From the IMG/VR virus record IMGVR_UViG_3300033144_003548: DNA of 64,000 nucleotides. One strand, given 5' to 3'. Shown in pieces: positions 45,839-55,574 of this stretch; the stretch's first letter is position 1, and each line of letters opens with the position of its first letter. This stretch comes from a virus. The notes under the pieces are model-generated. The model did no database searches, was not told where the DNA came from, and was given only the letters and a program-made list of their open reading frames with translations. The position numbers were made by a program, and so were the translations under genes.

Positions 45839-46259
45839 CTCTTCTACCTCTCTTATTCAACATTTTTACTTTGTCGTAAATTTCAAACTCCCTATTAGAA
45901 TAAGATGAACCACGTTTGTGCCACTGATTTTGTTTACTTAATCTAAGATCAATAAACTCAGTTAATAGCGTGGCTTGCTCCTTCTTGCTTGGTAAATAAC
46001 CAACAATATTAGTTAAGAGATGCCTGACATCATCAAAATCATTACATCTCCAAAAGTGTAGTGGTTTGTTAGAACGTTTACCATTGGTTTTATTAGTATA
46101 AACACCACCCACACCAACCAACTCACAGAAGGTATTTACAATGCTGCGATCAGTATTAAAAAATTTTATGCAGGGTTGAAGTAATTTACCATTTTTAACA
46201 AACCCTATGCTTCCTTCTAACGAAATACACCAAGCAATCAATTGCCAATCTTTATTCAT
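45831..46259 (-). CDS. free-standing LAGLIDADG homing endonuclease
   Basis: LIAWCISLEGSI, NTD, G.G.V, YL.SKKEQA. Confidence 0.75.
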   Translation of the reverse strand: MNKDWQLIAWCISLEGSIGFVKNGKLLQPCIKFFNTDRSIVNTFCELVGVGGVYTNKTNGKRSNKPLHFWRCNDFDDVRHLLTNIVGYLPSKKEQATLLTEFIDLRLSKQNQWHKRGSSYSNREFEIYDKVKMLNKRGRRDD

Positions 46260-46398
46260 AATAAACCACCTCTCAAATATCCTTGTAACCAATTCTCCTT
46301 GCTACCTTCTAAATCCTTTCCTTTATGTGAATCCGTAATCTCTTTACCCCCAACCTTGAGAGGCTAATCCCTTATTTTTATTTTATCCTTACCGTTCC

Positions 46399-46884
46399 TT
46401 ACGTAGCCTGCGTAGTCACAGTACTAAAAGTAATGGTAGTCCTCCAAAACTTTCTTTCCGATAATGATGGAAATGCGTAAGTAGGACGCATACTCCTGTC
46501 CTCTACGCTTGCCCACTCAATAATTCTAAGATCTGCTCCAGATTTTGCTTTACCATCCTCTCTAAAACCAACAGAGTAGTCTCTTATAGGAATAGATTTA
46601 TCCAACGCCTGAAATATAATATCAGACAGTTCATCTCTCTGAGCATCATTGTCAGCAAAGACATCTATAGCCCACGTACGTCTGAACCAGCTTGAACCAA
46701 GTTCACCACCGTCATCTACGGTCTGGCTGTGTTCTACCGACACGCAAGGTACTTCAAGTGTATTGTTCTCTACTTCGGTGTATGGATAGCTATCTACAAC
46801 TCTCTTAACCTTATCCCCAACCAGGTCCTTTATAAAGAAATAAACACTAAAATCTTCTTGTCTAAATTTTCCTATGACTACCAT
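46399..46884 (-). CDS. tail terminator/completion protein
   Basis: P.VSVE, ELGS, IDVFA....QRDELS; synteny. Confidence 0.65.
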   Translation of the reverse strand: MVVIGKFRQEDFSVYFFIKDLVGDKVKRVVDSYPYTEVENNTLEVPCVSVEHSQTVDDGGELGSSWFRRTWAIDVFADNDAQRDELSDIIFQALDKSIPIRDYSVGFREDGKAKSGADLRIIEWASVEDRSMRPTYAFPSLSERKFWRTTITFSTVTTQAT

Positions 46885-46904
46885 ATCCTCACCTTCTTAA
46901 TTTG

Positions 46905-47132
46905 CTACGCAAAAATTAATACTAAAATTATTGAGACAAGTGTAGATATAAGACAACCAACAAATGTCCAAACAGCCTTATTTATTGATTTCTTCAGACT
47001 TTCAAAACCGTTGAACATAAGCATACCAAAGCAAGCAAGGACAACTTCCTTGTCGTCACAGCCTTCAATTCCATAGTTCGCTATTTTTTCGCAAGCCTCC
47101 TCGACTCTAGATCTTAGAATTTCGTGATTCAT
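46905..47132 (-). CDS. small protein with C-terminal TM helix
   Basis: Hydrophobic C-terminus. Confidence 0.55.
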   Translation of the reverse strand: MNHEILRSRVEEACEKIANYGIEGCDDKEVVLACFGMLMFNGFESLKKSINKAVWTFVGCLISTLVSIILVLIFA

Positions 47133-47142
47133 AATGTAACTC

Positions 47143-48009
47143 CTATCGTGGCAACCAACCGCTCCACCTTCTAATTACCGTTCCTGTCACGTCTAATATG
47201 AAACCTCTCCCAGTTAGACGACCAAGCCTATCAATTGCCGTTGTTCCTGAAATAGCAAAGACAATTGTTCCAGTGGGTGAAGTCCATACGTGCCCCGCAA
47301 ATAATTGCCCTCTATAGCTAACTGTAGTAGCTTGATAACCTGCGAACAAAGATGATGGTCTAGCAACTAATGCTCTTACCACCGATAAAGTTCTTAGGTA
47401 TGCAGCCTTCATCTCTCTATTATAGACCACCTTAAAAGCAAGAAGAGTTCGTTTAGGTCCATTTCTAGGATAAGCAGCAGGACCATTTCCATTCTCAATA
47501 AGCTCCCAAAAAGGGGCTTTGGTTTCCGCAAGCATTATACTTGTTCTCGCACCTACAATTTCTTCATATTTCTTACTTGTACCAGCTAACCAAGAATTGT
47601 AGATACCGATCCACCCTTGAAGCGTACCACCTGGATGAACCATTTTTTGGATTCTTTGCAGATCACCAATATCACCCAAAGCATCTAAATCCACAAATTT
47701 AGCTTGAATCAAACCTTTGCTGTCCCACTCGAAACCTATATTTCTAGGTTGAGATAGTGCTGTATCCATCACGGTAAAATACGCAGGAAACCTACTATAC
47801 TCATCAATTTCAGCCATATCTTTTCTATAAGCTTCTTTCAAATATTGGTTAAGTCTCTCTGCGGTGGTTATGGCTTGCGTCTCAATTATAGCGGTAACCT
47901 CTGGTAATAGCTGATAGTAAATCACACCGCTTAAAGGGGTTACACCTAATTGAGCCAAGACACCAACAGGATGAAAGGTAGGTATTCTATGCGTAAATGT
48001 CCTTATCAT
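47143..48009 (-). CDS. neck/tail-completion-region protein
   Basis: APFWELIENG motif; synteny. Confidence 0.5.
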   Translation of the reverse strand: MIRTFTHRIPTFHPVGVLAQLGVTPLSGVIYYQLLPEVTAIIETQAITTAERLNQYLKEAYRKDMAEIDEYSRFPAYFTVMDTALSQPRNIGFEWDSKGLIQAKFVDLDALGDIGDLQRIQKMVHPGGTLQGWIGIYNSWLAGTSKKYEEIVGARTSIMLAETKAPFWELIENGNGPAAYPRNGPKRTLLAFKVVYNREMKAAYLRTLSVVRALVARPSSLFAGYQATTVSYRGQLFAGHVWTSPTGTIVFAISGTTAIDRLGRLTGRGFILDVTGTVIRRWSGWLPR

Positions 48010-48230
48010 TCGTCCTTAATACCTTCTACATCAATGCCTATAACAGTGAAGACGCTCCTTGTGAATCCATTCATATTATCAAGAAATATTTTTCTTATTT
48101 TACTAAAGGAGTCACCCTTTCCCATCTCTTCCTCTAAATCGTTAAGAGCTATTGCACAATAACGCTTTTTCCTTTTATTTATTAGCTTAACGATTTCGAT
48201 TTCTGGTAATCCTTCCAATTCCTTACTCAT
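48006..48230 (-). CDS. hypothetical protein
   Basis: IRKIFLDNMN.F.R motif. Confidence 0.6.
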   Translation of the reverse strand: MSKELEGLPEIEIVKLINKRKKRYCAIALNDLEEEMGKGDSFSKIRKIFLDNMNGFTRSVFTVIGIDVEGIKDE

Positions 48231-48232
48231 AA

Positions 48233-48685
48233 TTACTCCTTACCAACTTCTCTACAAACAAATCTAATACGATCTCTTGTAGGTACTCCTCTCTTAATTG
48301 TTCTAAAAATTTCCAGTTTTCTACTATCCACTCTGACTTCTTTTATCTTAACTATTTGAGTCTCTGAAAGAGAGTCTATACCAATAGTTATAAAACAATC
48401 ACCAGTCAGAGTCTCACCAGCGATCCCAAAATCCGATTCATCACCAGTACGCCACCTAACGTGAGCAAGGACTCCAGACTCAACATCCTGAGTGATCCAA
48501 TACTGACCAGAACAAATAGGACAAAATTGATCCAAACTAAGCTCATTTACACTATCATATAAATCAGCACCACTGCACACAGGGCAAGCAGTTTCAACAC
48601 CCTGTATAACAAACGTTACGGTCTGTCCGATAGCGTCTCTGATAGCATCCTTCGTGCTTTTAGTGGTTGGGAACTGTATCGTCAT
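48233..48685 (-). CDS. head closure/adaptor-like protein
   Basis: CPVC...CPIC.G; synteny. Confidence 0.55.
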   Translation of the reverse strand: MTIQFPTTKSTKDAIRDAIGQTVTFVIQGVETACPVCSGADLYDSVNELSLDQFCPICSGQYWITQDVESGVLAHVRWRTGDESDFGIAGETLTGDCFITIGIDSLSETQIVKIKEVRVDSRKLEIFRTIKRGVPTRDRIRFVCREVGKE

Positions 48686-49961
48686 CTTTCTTCACTGTCT
48701 CCTCTTTCGTTACCTCACCAGCGTTAGCTTCTATTCTTACAGGTTCTTCCTCAGTATACTTCTTAGATAATGATTTATCACCATTCTGTAGCATATCCTG
48801 AATAACTTTGTCAAATTGATTCGCAATATAAGCCCAAGTAAACCGCTCTTGCTGAACATATTCATAAGCCTTCTTAGCCAGTTCCTTAGTCTTGTCTCTA
48901 TTCTGATACAAGTCTTCTAGTATATCAGCCAAATGCTCGACATTAATTACACCACCCTCGGTATTAATACCACCAGTGAGAACTTCCCATTCTTGGATCT
49001 CAATAAGAGGAGCGATACCTTCCCATAACTCCTTACAAGCTGAATGATTTGGAACAACTTGAGCTACTCCACAAGCTGCACTCTCAAATGGACTTAGACC
49101 AAAACCCTCTCCCATAGAAGTCATTACGTGAACATCAGCCACATTGTAGATCTTGCATAACGAGCTAAGAGAAACTCCGTGAGCAGGGGTAAAGTTAGTT
49201 TGGTCTGTAATTAAGAACCTATCATCTATTCCCCATCTCTGAGCAAGATCGACGAGATTCCAACCAACATCCTTTAGGCTTCCGTGATAATAAAATGAGA
49301 TATTCTTTCTATCCTCTGGAGACTTACGGCTCAACCATAGCTGCATAGCTTTTAGGAATAAATCAAGCCTTTTTCTAGGTTGATTTCTATTAATATTTTG
49401 AACTACAAACGCATCGGGTGGGACATTCGCAAGAAACTTTCTAGCATCTTCCATCGGATAAAACTCATCAGTATCAACACCGTGACCTATAATATCAACA
49501 TTAATTCCTTCGTGTGCTGCTTGTATTCCATCCTTTGCAAAGTTAGTATAAGTACCAACTCTAGCATTAACTCTGGTTAGATTATTAATCCAGTTGCTAT
49601 GTACTGGTAGAGCATCAACAGGTGAATAAGTAAAAATCCTATTGTTTTCTGGAATAAATTTTACATACTCCGCAACAATCCATAAATCATTATTTATAAT
49701 TATGATATGAGGTTGCTCTTTGGCTACCAATTCCTCTACTCGATTAAAACCATAAATGTTCCCCTTCGCCCTGGCTGGATATATTCTAAACATCCCTTCA
49801 TAACGATGCGGATCACCTATAGGATGGTTAATGCCCAAAATTGACACATCATACCTATCGGTCTGAAATAAACCTTCCAGAACTCCTTGTGAAACCCTTC
49901 CAAAACCAGTAGAGACAGCAGGACTATCACCAATCCATAAAACTTTTATCTTTCCGTTCAT
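48660..49961 (-). CDS. GT4-family glycosyltransferase
   Basis: WIGDSP..TGFGRV, HGVD...F.P, NRNQPRKR, YNVADV....S.GEGFGL...E..ACG. Confidence 0.9.
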   Translation of the reverse strand: MNGKIKVLWIGDSPAVSTGFGRVSQGVLEGLFQTDRYDVSILGINHPIGDPHRYEGMFRIYPARAKGNIYGFNRVEELVAKEQPHIIIINNDLWIVAEYVKFIPENNRIFTYSPVDALPVHSNWINNLTRVNARVGTYTNFAKDGIQAAHEGINVDIIGHGVDTDEFYPMEDARKFLANVPPDAFVVQNINRNQPRKRLDLFLKAMQLWLSRKSPEDRKNISFYYHGSLKDVGWNLVDLAQRWGIDDRFLITDQTNFTPAHGVSLSSLCKIYNVADVHVMTSMGEGFGLSPFESAACGVAQVVPNHSACKELWEGIAPLIEIQEWEVLTGGINTEGGVINVEHLADILEDLYQNRDKTKELAKKAYEYVQQERFTWAYIANQFDKVIQDMLQNGDKSLSKKYTEEEPVRIEANAGEVTKEETVKKDDDTVPNH

Positions 49962-49971
49962 AACCTCTCCT

Positions 49972-50673
49972 TTACCAAGCTGTCCTTTTTGCACCTACCA
50001 TTTTAGGTACATTAATTATCTCATCATTATCCTTCACCAGCACAACAGCATAACAAGAATTGCCGTGAAATTTCATTGGAACTGCACTAAAACCGTGCCC
50101 AAAATGTCTCATAGGTTTGCTATACTTAAAGTAAAATTTTGCAGTTTCGTGAAGGTGACCAGAATAAATAGCTCTCAAGTTATCCCTCAAAAGCTCGTGC
50201 TTATTTTCCACAGGTCTAGACCAAAATGGGTGGTGCGAGAACATAATATGATACCCTTCACCCTTCATTCTGGCTTTCAACCATTGATATTGCTGCGGAT
50301 CTTCAGCAGCCATAACATCTGCCCAACCTACAGCAAACCTGTGCCTCATAAAAGAAGTGTCAAGAAACTCTAAATGATACCCACCAAGGTTTAGTGTCTT
50401 GTATCTATCACCAAAGTTATCACTCCAATGGTCACTACCATCATAATCACCAGGTAGAACTACAACCTTATGACGTATTTTATTAATGGTTTTTGTCGCC
50501 AAATCAATTGTTTCTTTGTCGGGAGTGTGAGCTATATCGCCAGTTGCAATAACCAAATCAACCGCTTCTTGGTTAATTGGATCTACCATAGGTTCAAGCA
50601 AATTCCTGTGTTTAGTAATGTGCAAGTCCGAAATCTGGATAAACCTTAAAACGAACCTTTCCTTTGTTTCCAT
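49972..50673 (-). CDS. metallophosphoesterase
   Basis: SDLH, TGD, PGDYD (GNHD variant), SHHP, SGHLH. Confidence 0.8.
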   Translation of the reverse strand: METKERFVLRFIQISDLHITKHRNLLEPMVDPINQEAVDLVIATGDIAHTPDKETIDLATKTINKIRHKVVVLPGDYDGSDHWSDNFGDRYKTLNLGGYHLEFLDTSFMRHRFAVGWADVMAAEDPQQYQWLKARMKGEGYHIMFSHHPFWSRPVENKHELLRDNLRAIYSGHLHETAKFYFKYSKPMRHFGHGFSAVPMKFHGNSCYAVVLVKDNDEIINVPKMVGAKRTAW

Positions 50674-50688
50674 ATCCTCTCCTTTATT

Positions 50689-50717
50689 ATTATACCATTT
50701 TTTAATTTAATTGTCAA
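50689..50717 (-). promoter_or_regulatory. sigma70 promoter inside the structural module
   Basis: TTGACA-17nt-(TG)TATAAT. Confidence 0.75.
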
Positions 50718-50880
50718 TATATATAAAGTATACGGTAATAAGCACACGGCTCAGCACCTTAAACTATCATCAAGTATTAAATATTCATTAGTAGGTGATA
50801 GAAACTTTCCAGCACCAAGCGCCAATTGCGGGGGAGGGAAGCCACAAATCAGACCTCTCCTCCCCACAACCTGCACTATA

Positions 50881-51378
50881 TTATATCGTCTGAACCTGAA
50901 CGCCACCAATCTCCGCCTTACTTGGGCTTGTTGGTGAACCCTCAAGCTTCGTAATAACTTCCTTCAGGTAGTCAATAGTTCTTACTTGTTTGTTTTCTTC
51001 TTGAGCAATCTCCAGCAATCTTATAACTGGAACAGGTGAAGTAAACTTATCAACTCTAGGCTTCATCTTGCTCAAAGGTTTCTTTAACAAATCTCTCAGG
51101 TAACCATCGCTAACCGCATTAGTTTCATCGAGAGACAAAGTGTGCTCCGAAATCTCGATTAAATACCCTTGCACGATTGCTGACTTATTATTCTTTTTGA
51201 AATACTTTTCAGCTTCTCCATCGGTAAGCTCAATAGTCATCGCATCAACGTCAGCATTTGGATCATTCGGGTCACCTTTCAGTAAAAACTCTTCTGGATC
51301 TCCCTTCTTATTAAGAATTCTGCCACCTACAGATCCTCTGATGGCTTTTCTCCAAAATTTAGGATAACTGTCTTCCAT
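50881..51378 (-). CDS. hypothetical protein downstream of the capsid gene
   Basis: ORF with RBS AGGAG. Confidence 0.6.
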   Translation of the reverse strand: MEDSYPKFWRKAIRGSVGGRILNKKGDPEEFLLKGDPNDPNADVDAMTIELTDGEAEKYFKKNNKSAIVQGYLIEISEHTLSLDETNAVSDGYLRDLLKKPLSKMKPRVDKFTSPVPVIRLLEIAQEENKQVRTIDYLKEVITKLEGSPTSPSKAEIGGVQVQTI

Positions 51379-51486
51379 TTTAAACTCCTTTGTGTTTTTT
51401 ATACTAAGCTTCTGAACCTCTCTCCCGCCTAGTTAGGATTATTCGAGGGGAGGGAATTTAGCCCTCCCCATTTACATCAGCTTCGA

Positions 51487-52416
51487 TTAAGGCTTGTCCA
51501 GTCTGATTACAGCCACGTTCTCCATCCTGTCGAACATCAAACCAAATTGCTGGTAGATTCTGATGTGCCAAGTTGGAGGTGCTGTGCTCATATCAGTCCA
51601 CTGATCTTCTCTTGTGTCCCCATAAGTGATGAACTCACCGCACTCGTCACCTACCACGACAACCATATTGTCCTTGATAAGTGGAGTTCTGTCATATGGA
51701 TTATCATAGACTTGCTCCAAAGCGATGAAGTTAGCACCATAGTAAACACCAAACCAACCTGTTCTCCTGATCTCTTCAAGTGCTGAAGGAACAGGAATAG
51801 CAGCAGTAGGTGTAGCGATTTCTGTTGCTGTAGGTAGTCTGTAGCCAGCAAACTTTGTGATAGGAGCTAAGGCTGTTCTTCTGCCAACCACTGCCCTTAC
51901 TGCTCCAGCAGTATCAGCTATATAATCAATAGAATCTTCCAATGTGCTCCTAGTAATAGGACCTGTCACATAGTAGAAGTTATTACTATCGTTTATAGTA
52001 GCTAGGGTGTACATAGCATTCAATACCTTTGTTACATAGAAGTCAGAAAGCTTGGCTGTCATTTCCCTACGGATGTCATCGACAGTACCAATTTCTCCAG
52101 ACTCCACCTCCCACTCATTGTGGGAAACTTCTGCATATGCCTGATCCAAGTTGTAATTAACAACTTCTTTCACAGTGATCTGGCTAGATAGAGTTGTCTG
52201 ACCAGGAACTAACTGCCTGACCTCGATACCTCTACGCACTTTCTTTACCAGAGCATCACCAGGGTTAAGTGCTCTTGTATTCAAGAACATACCCACAATG
52301 TCCTGAGTAACGTGCTTAGGATCGATGTATTCGACAATCAATTCAGCCAGCGTATCTCTTGCAGCCTTGTTCTTAGCAATTTCCGCATAAGCTGTCTTAA
52401 ATTTCTCTAATTCCAT
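51487..52416 (-). CDS. major capsid protein
   Basis: 309 aa, after scaffold and decoration genes; GWFGVYYGA, C-terminal QQFG....E.V.V typical of HK97-fold capsids. Confidence 0.75.
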   Translation of the reverse strand: MELEKFKTAYAEIAKNKAARDTLAELIVEYIDPKHVTQDIVGMFLNTRALNPGDALVKKVRRGIEVRQLVPGQTTLSSQITVKEVVNYNLDQAYAEVSHNEWEVESGEIGTVDDIRREMTAKLSDFYVTKVLNAMYTLATINDSNNFYYVTGPITRSTLEDSIDYIADTAGAVRAVVGRRTALAPITKFAGYRLPTATEIATPTAAIPVPSALEEIRRTGWFGVYYGANFIALEQVYDNPYDRTPLIKDNMVVVVGDECGEFITYGDTREDQWTDMSTAPPTWHIRIYQQFGLMFDRMENVAVIRLDKP

Positions 52417-52477
52417 CTTTACTCCATTATTGGGGAGGGAGACTATCCCTCCCCGCCTACTCTATTTTTTTCAAAGG

Positions 52478-53029
52478 TTATCCAGTTTTGATAGTTAGTT
52501 CGCCCTTTGTGCTGTTAAACTCAAATACGATACCAACCTGTCCACCAGTTCCCTTATACCATTTACCACCAGACTTAACACTGATTCCATCACCCACATC
52601 AAATGAAGAGCCAGTGTAACAGCCAGATGTAACAGTGTAGATGCCATCATCATAAGCCAGCATCAACGCACCAGATAGAATTGTCTGCTCAGGACTCTTT
52701 AATCTAGGTGCAACCATTCTCAACTTTACGTCAGCAGGAAGATTCTCCTGTCCCTCTGGATACTCTCTCAAGGTATAAGGCTGAGATGTAGTATTACCAG
52801 TCTCATCAAGAGTTGGTAGAGACTCGTAAATAGGAGGTTTCTCATTGTAAACCCTGAACGCAGCTACGAAATGAGCAGCAGTATCATCATCGGCAGTAGG
52901 AAGTTGAGCACCCTGAACCACATCAGGGCTTGATTTGCCCGTAGCAGGAACAAGCTTCACAGCAAGCCCCGCCTGTATATCTTCCTGTGCAACGCAAGGA
53001 ATTGCTGTTCCTTGTAATTTAATTTCCAT
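52478..53029 (-). CDS. capsid decoration/cement protein
   Basis: Between scaffold and major capsid gene; beta-rich. Confidence 0.55.
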   Translation of the reverse strand: MEIKLQGTAIPCVAQEDIQAGLAVKLVPATGKSSPDVVQGAQLPTADDDTAAHFVAAFRVYNEKPPIYESLPTLDETGNTTSQPYTLREYPEGQENLPADVKLRMVAPRLKSPEQTILSGALMLAYDDGIYTVTSGCYTGSSFDVGDGISVKSGGKWYKGTGGQVGIVFEFNSTKGELTIKTG

Positions 53030-53052
53030 TATTTCTTACTCCTCTTAACAGT

Positions 53053-53994
53053 TTATTTTCTGTCCTTCTTCATCTCGTTCAGACCTTCCCTCACAGTTTC
53101 CACTGCATCAGAATCGTCTTCGCTAGAAATCTGAGGAACTTTTATGCTTGCTGAAGCCTTTGCTCCTTTCTTTAATTCACCCATCTTTGAAATTGTTACT
53201 TTCAAGACCTCTTCAGACATATTAAGCCAGTAATCAGCCTCAGCCTCAACATCAGCCTCGATGCCAGCTTCCTCTAATTGAGTTTTAATAGTCTTCAGCC
53301 TCTCCGCTTTTTCAGCAGCCTCTTCGGTATCGCTCTTGAACTTTCTCAAAGCCTCAAGCTCTTCCTTTTGATCGTTTAGCTCTTTTGTTAAGTCATCAAC
53401 TTGTGATGCTTTCTCTTCCAGAGCAGTCTTGTCAGCTTCTAATGTCTCTTTCTCTCTCTCTAAAGTTTCATTAGTAGCCTTAACAGTCTTCAACTCTGAC
53501 TCTAGAGCCTCAATCTTCTCTTTATCTTCCATATTTTCCTCCTCTGAACTATCAGATTCTAGAACGATGCTATCGCAACGCTCTCCCATCGTCTCGCTAT
53601 CATAGTATTCCACAAATGCTTGCGCCCAATCGAACTCATCTGACTCACCAACCTGAAGGTCCAGATTATAATGCCTTTTAGCGTAGCTCTTGATCCTTGA
53701 TTCAACGCTCTTGAACTTCTTACCTAAAATGGCTTTATTGTCAGCGTGATGGACATATCTCCAAGCAGCTAGGCATCTTGATTTTGTGTCTAATGGGTAT
53801 CTATAACACTCTGGATCACCATAGTCCGATTTGTTCTTTGGATACCCTTTTGGCGGACTCTTATGACAAAGCTGTTCCCTGCCCTGAGCAAACTCAGAAG
53901 GTTCTGTTTCTGCTTGAGAAGGAACACCAGCAACAAGAATCTGCCTAATAGCTTTCAATTGAGGAGTAGGTACATCTTTCAAATCAATATTCAT
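53053..53994 (-). CDS. scaffolding protein (N-terminal YPLDT..R..AAW.Y domain plus acidic coiled coil)
   Basis: Long E/K-rich coiled coil; synteny. Confidence 0.65.
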   Translation of the reverse strand: MNIDLKDVPTPQLKAIRQILVAGVPSQAETEPSEFAQGREQLCHKSPPKGYPKNKSDYGDPECYRYPLDTKSRCLAAWRYVHHADNKAILGKKFKSVESRIKSYAKRHYNLDLQVGESDEFDWAQAFVEYYDSETMGERCDSIVLESDSSEEENMEDKEKIEALESELKTVKATNETLEREKETLEADKTALEEKASQVDDLTKELNDQKEELEALRKFKSDTEEAAEKAERLKTIKTQLEEAGIEADVEAEADYWLNMSEEVLKVTISKMGELKKGAKASASIKVPQISSEDDSDAVETVREGLNEMKKDRK

Positions 53995-53996
53995 TT

Positions 53997-54584
53997 TTAT
54001 TTCACTCCAACAATTTGTTTTCTTCTCTTTAGCTCATCATCAATGGCTTTAATCATATCGAATGAACTAATAGAAACTAACGGTGTTCTACCCTCATAAG
54101 CAGGTGACTTGACCGCCGTTATTGCTTTAGTAGTAGTTCCAACTAACCACTCTACATCATCTTCCATTGAAGAGTCTTTGTATCTAATTTCCCACGAAAA
54201 GTTAACTGCCCTACCTTCGGATGTTTCTTTTTTGAAGAATTCAACAACATCAGGGAACTCATCATTATACAATGCACCAATAGCCACTACTTTATTTCCC
54301 TCTTGCTGACCCTCTTTCAAAACACCGATTTGAACAGCACCAGCGTGTCCTTGAACATCCGCCTCTTCAGGTTCATAATTTGCCTTAATAGGCATATATG
54401 ACATAGATTTGATCAGATTTGGAAACTCGTCTTGTCTTATGCCCTGGTTATTAGCATTAGGTTGATCATCAGCAAAAACGAGCTTGATCCAGGTTAGAAG
54501 AGGATTCTTATACTCGTCTGGAATTCCAGCCTCTGCCAAATTTTCAACAAATGCCAATGTCGTATTAAATGTTGCTTCTTTCAT
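53997..54584 (-). CDS. prohead protease-like protein
   Basis: PNAN, GH....IG, FSWEI, V.SPAY..RT. Confidence 0.65.
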   Translation of the reverse strand: MKEATFNTTLAFVENLAEAGIPDEYKNPLLTWIKLVFADDQPNANNQGIRQDEFPNLIKSMSYMPIKANYEPEEADVQGHAGAVQIGVLKEGQQEGNKVVAIGALYNDEFPDVVEFFKKETSEGRAVNFSWEIRYKDSSMEDDVEWLVGTTTKAITAVKSPAYEGRTPLVSISSFDMIKAIDDELKRRKQIVGVK

Positions 54585-54585
54585 A

Positions 54586-55074
54586 TTATTCCCACTCCCT
54601 CGGATTTGTATCCCATCCATACAGTCTACCGTATTTTGGTCGTGCCAGTTTCTTACCTGGTAATAACATATCTAATTCTCTAACATCATCTTCCAATGTA
54701 GAACTTCTTTGTCGTGCCGATTCAATATTAGAATAAGCGATCTCCTCATCCCGCCAACTAGCAACGTCACCCGATTCGGAAAATTTCTTTCCACTTTTTA
54801 TCATTACAGACGCTTGCAATACTATTGGTCGTCTATCTCTGTGTTGAATTACTGGTGGTGAAGACCAATCAAATGTTACGTTAGGATTCCTGTGAACCAC
54901 ACCTTCATTATCCACATAATACATATCATCCCACCTACGCATCAACGCAGCTACCGCTTCCCTCAAGACCATATGAAGATACTCGTCAGAAAATGTCGGA
55001 GTTGGGTCATTGTCTCCGATCTGAACTCTTAGAGGTATGATTAATTCTTCTAAATTGGATGTCTTAAATGCCAT
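54586..55074 (-). CDS. head-tail adaptor-like protein
   Basis: LRVQIGD.....FSDE.L motif. Confidence 0.6.
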   Translation of the reverse strand: MAFKTSNLEELIIPLRVQIGDNDPTPTFSDEYLHMVLREAVAALMRRWDDMYYVDNEGVVHRNPNVTFDWSSPPVIQHRDRRPIVLQASVMIKSGKKFSESGDVASWRDEEIAYSNIESARQRSSTLEDDVRELDMLLPGKKLARPKYGRLYGWDTNPREWE

Positions 55075-55140
55075 TTTCACCACCAAAATTATACTTAGAA
55101 ATGTGTCCTACAAATTTCTGACTACCTATGTCCTTCGCTA

Positions 55141-55407
55141 TCAAATTGTCTCCTTAACTTCCACCACCTGTCTTGAGGTAAATGTTTCTTGACCGACTAC
55201 GTAATCAAAATCAATTACATATACACCGATCTCATCAGGTTGCCACAAGCAATGCACAGTTTGATCTTGAACTCCACCAACACCACTGGCAACAACGCTC
55301 TCATCTTCCGTGTCATAGATTGTATATGTAACACCAGATATAGTCAAAGGAGCACTGCTAACAACTGCGTATGCGTATCTCTTTTCTCCGATAGTCCAAG
55401 GTTTCAT
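55141..55407 (-). CDS. small Ig-like virion protein
   Basis: All-beta pattern, G.Y.I.F.Y.VG.E. Confidence 0.5.
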   Translation of the reverse strand: MKPWTIGEKRYAYAVVSSAPLTISGVTYTIYDTEDESVVASGVGGVQDQTVHCLWQPDEIGVYVIDFDYVVGQETFTSRQVVEVKETI

Positions 55408-55574
55408 TAGTCCTCTATTTCCTCCACATTCTTATATTACACTTCCCCAAGAGGCACTCTATAAGTACCGTCTAACTTATCAATAGGCATTTACGCCCTC
55501 TACTATATATATTACCATTTTTTGGGCGTTTCTTCCCAAATAACGGCTAGGTTAATTTTAACGAAACTTCTAAA

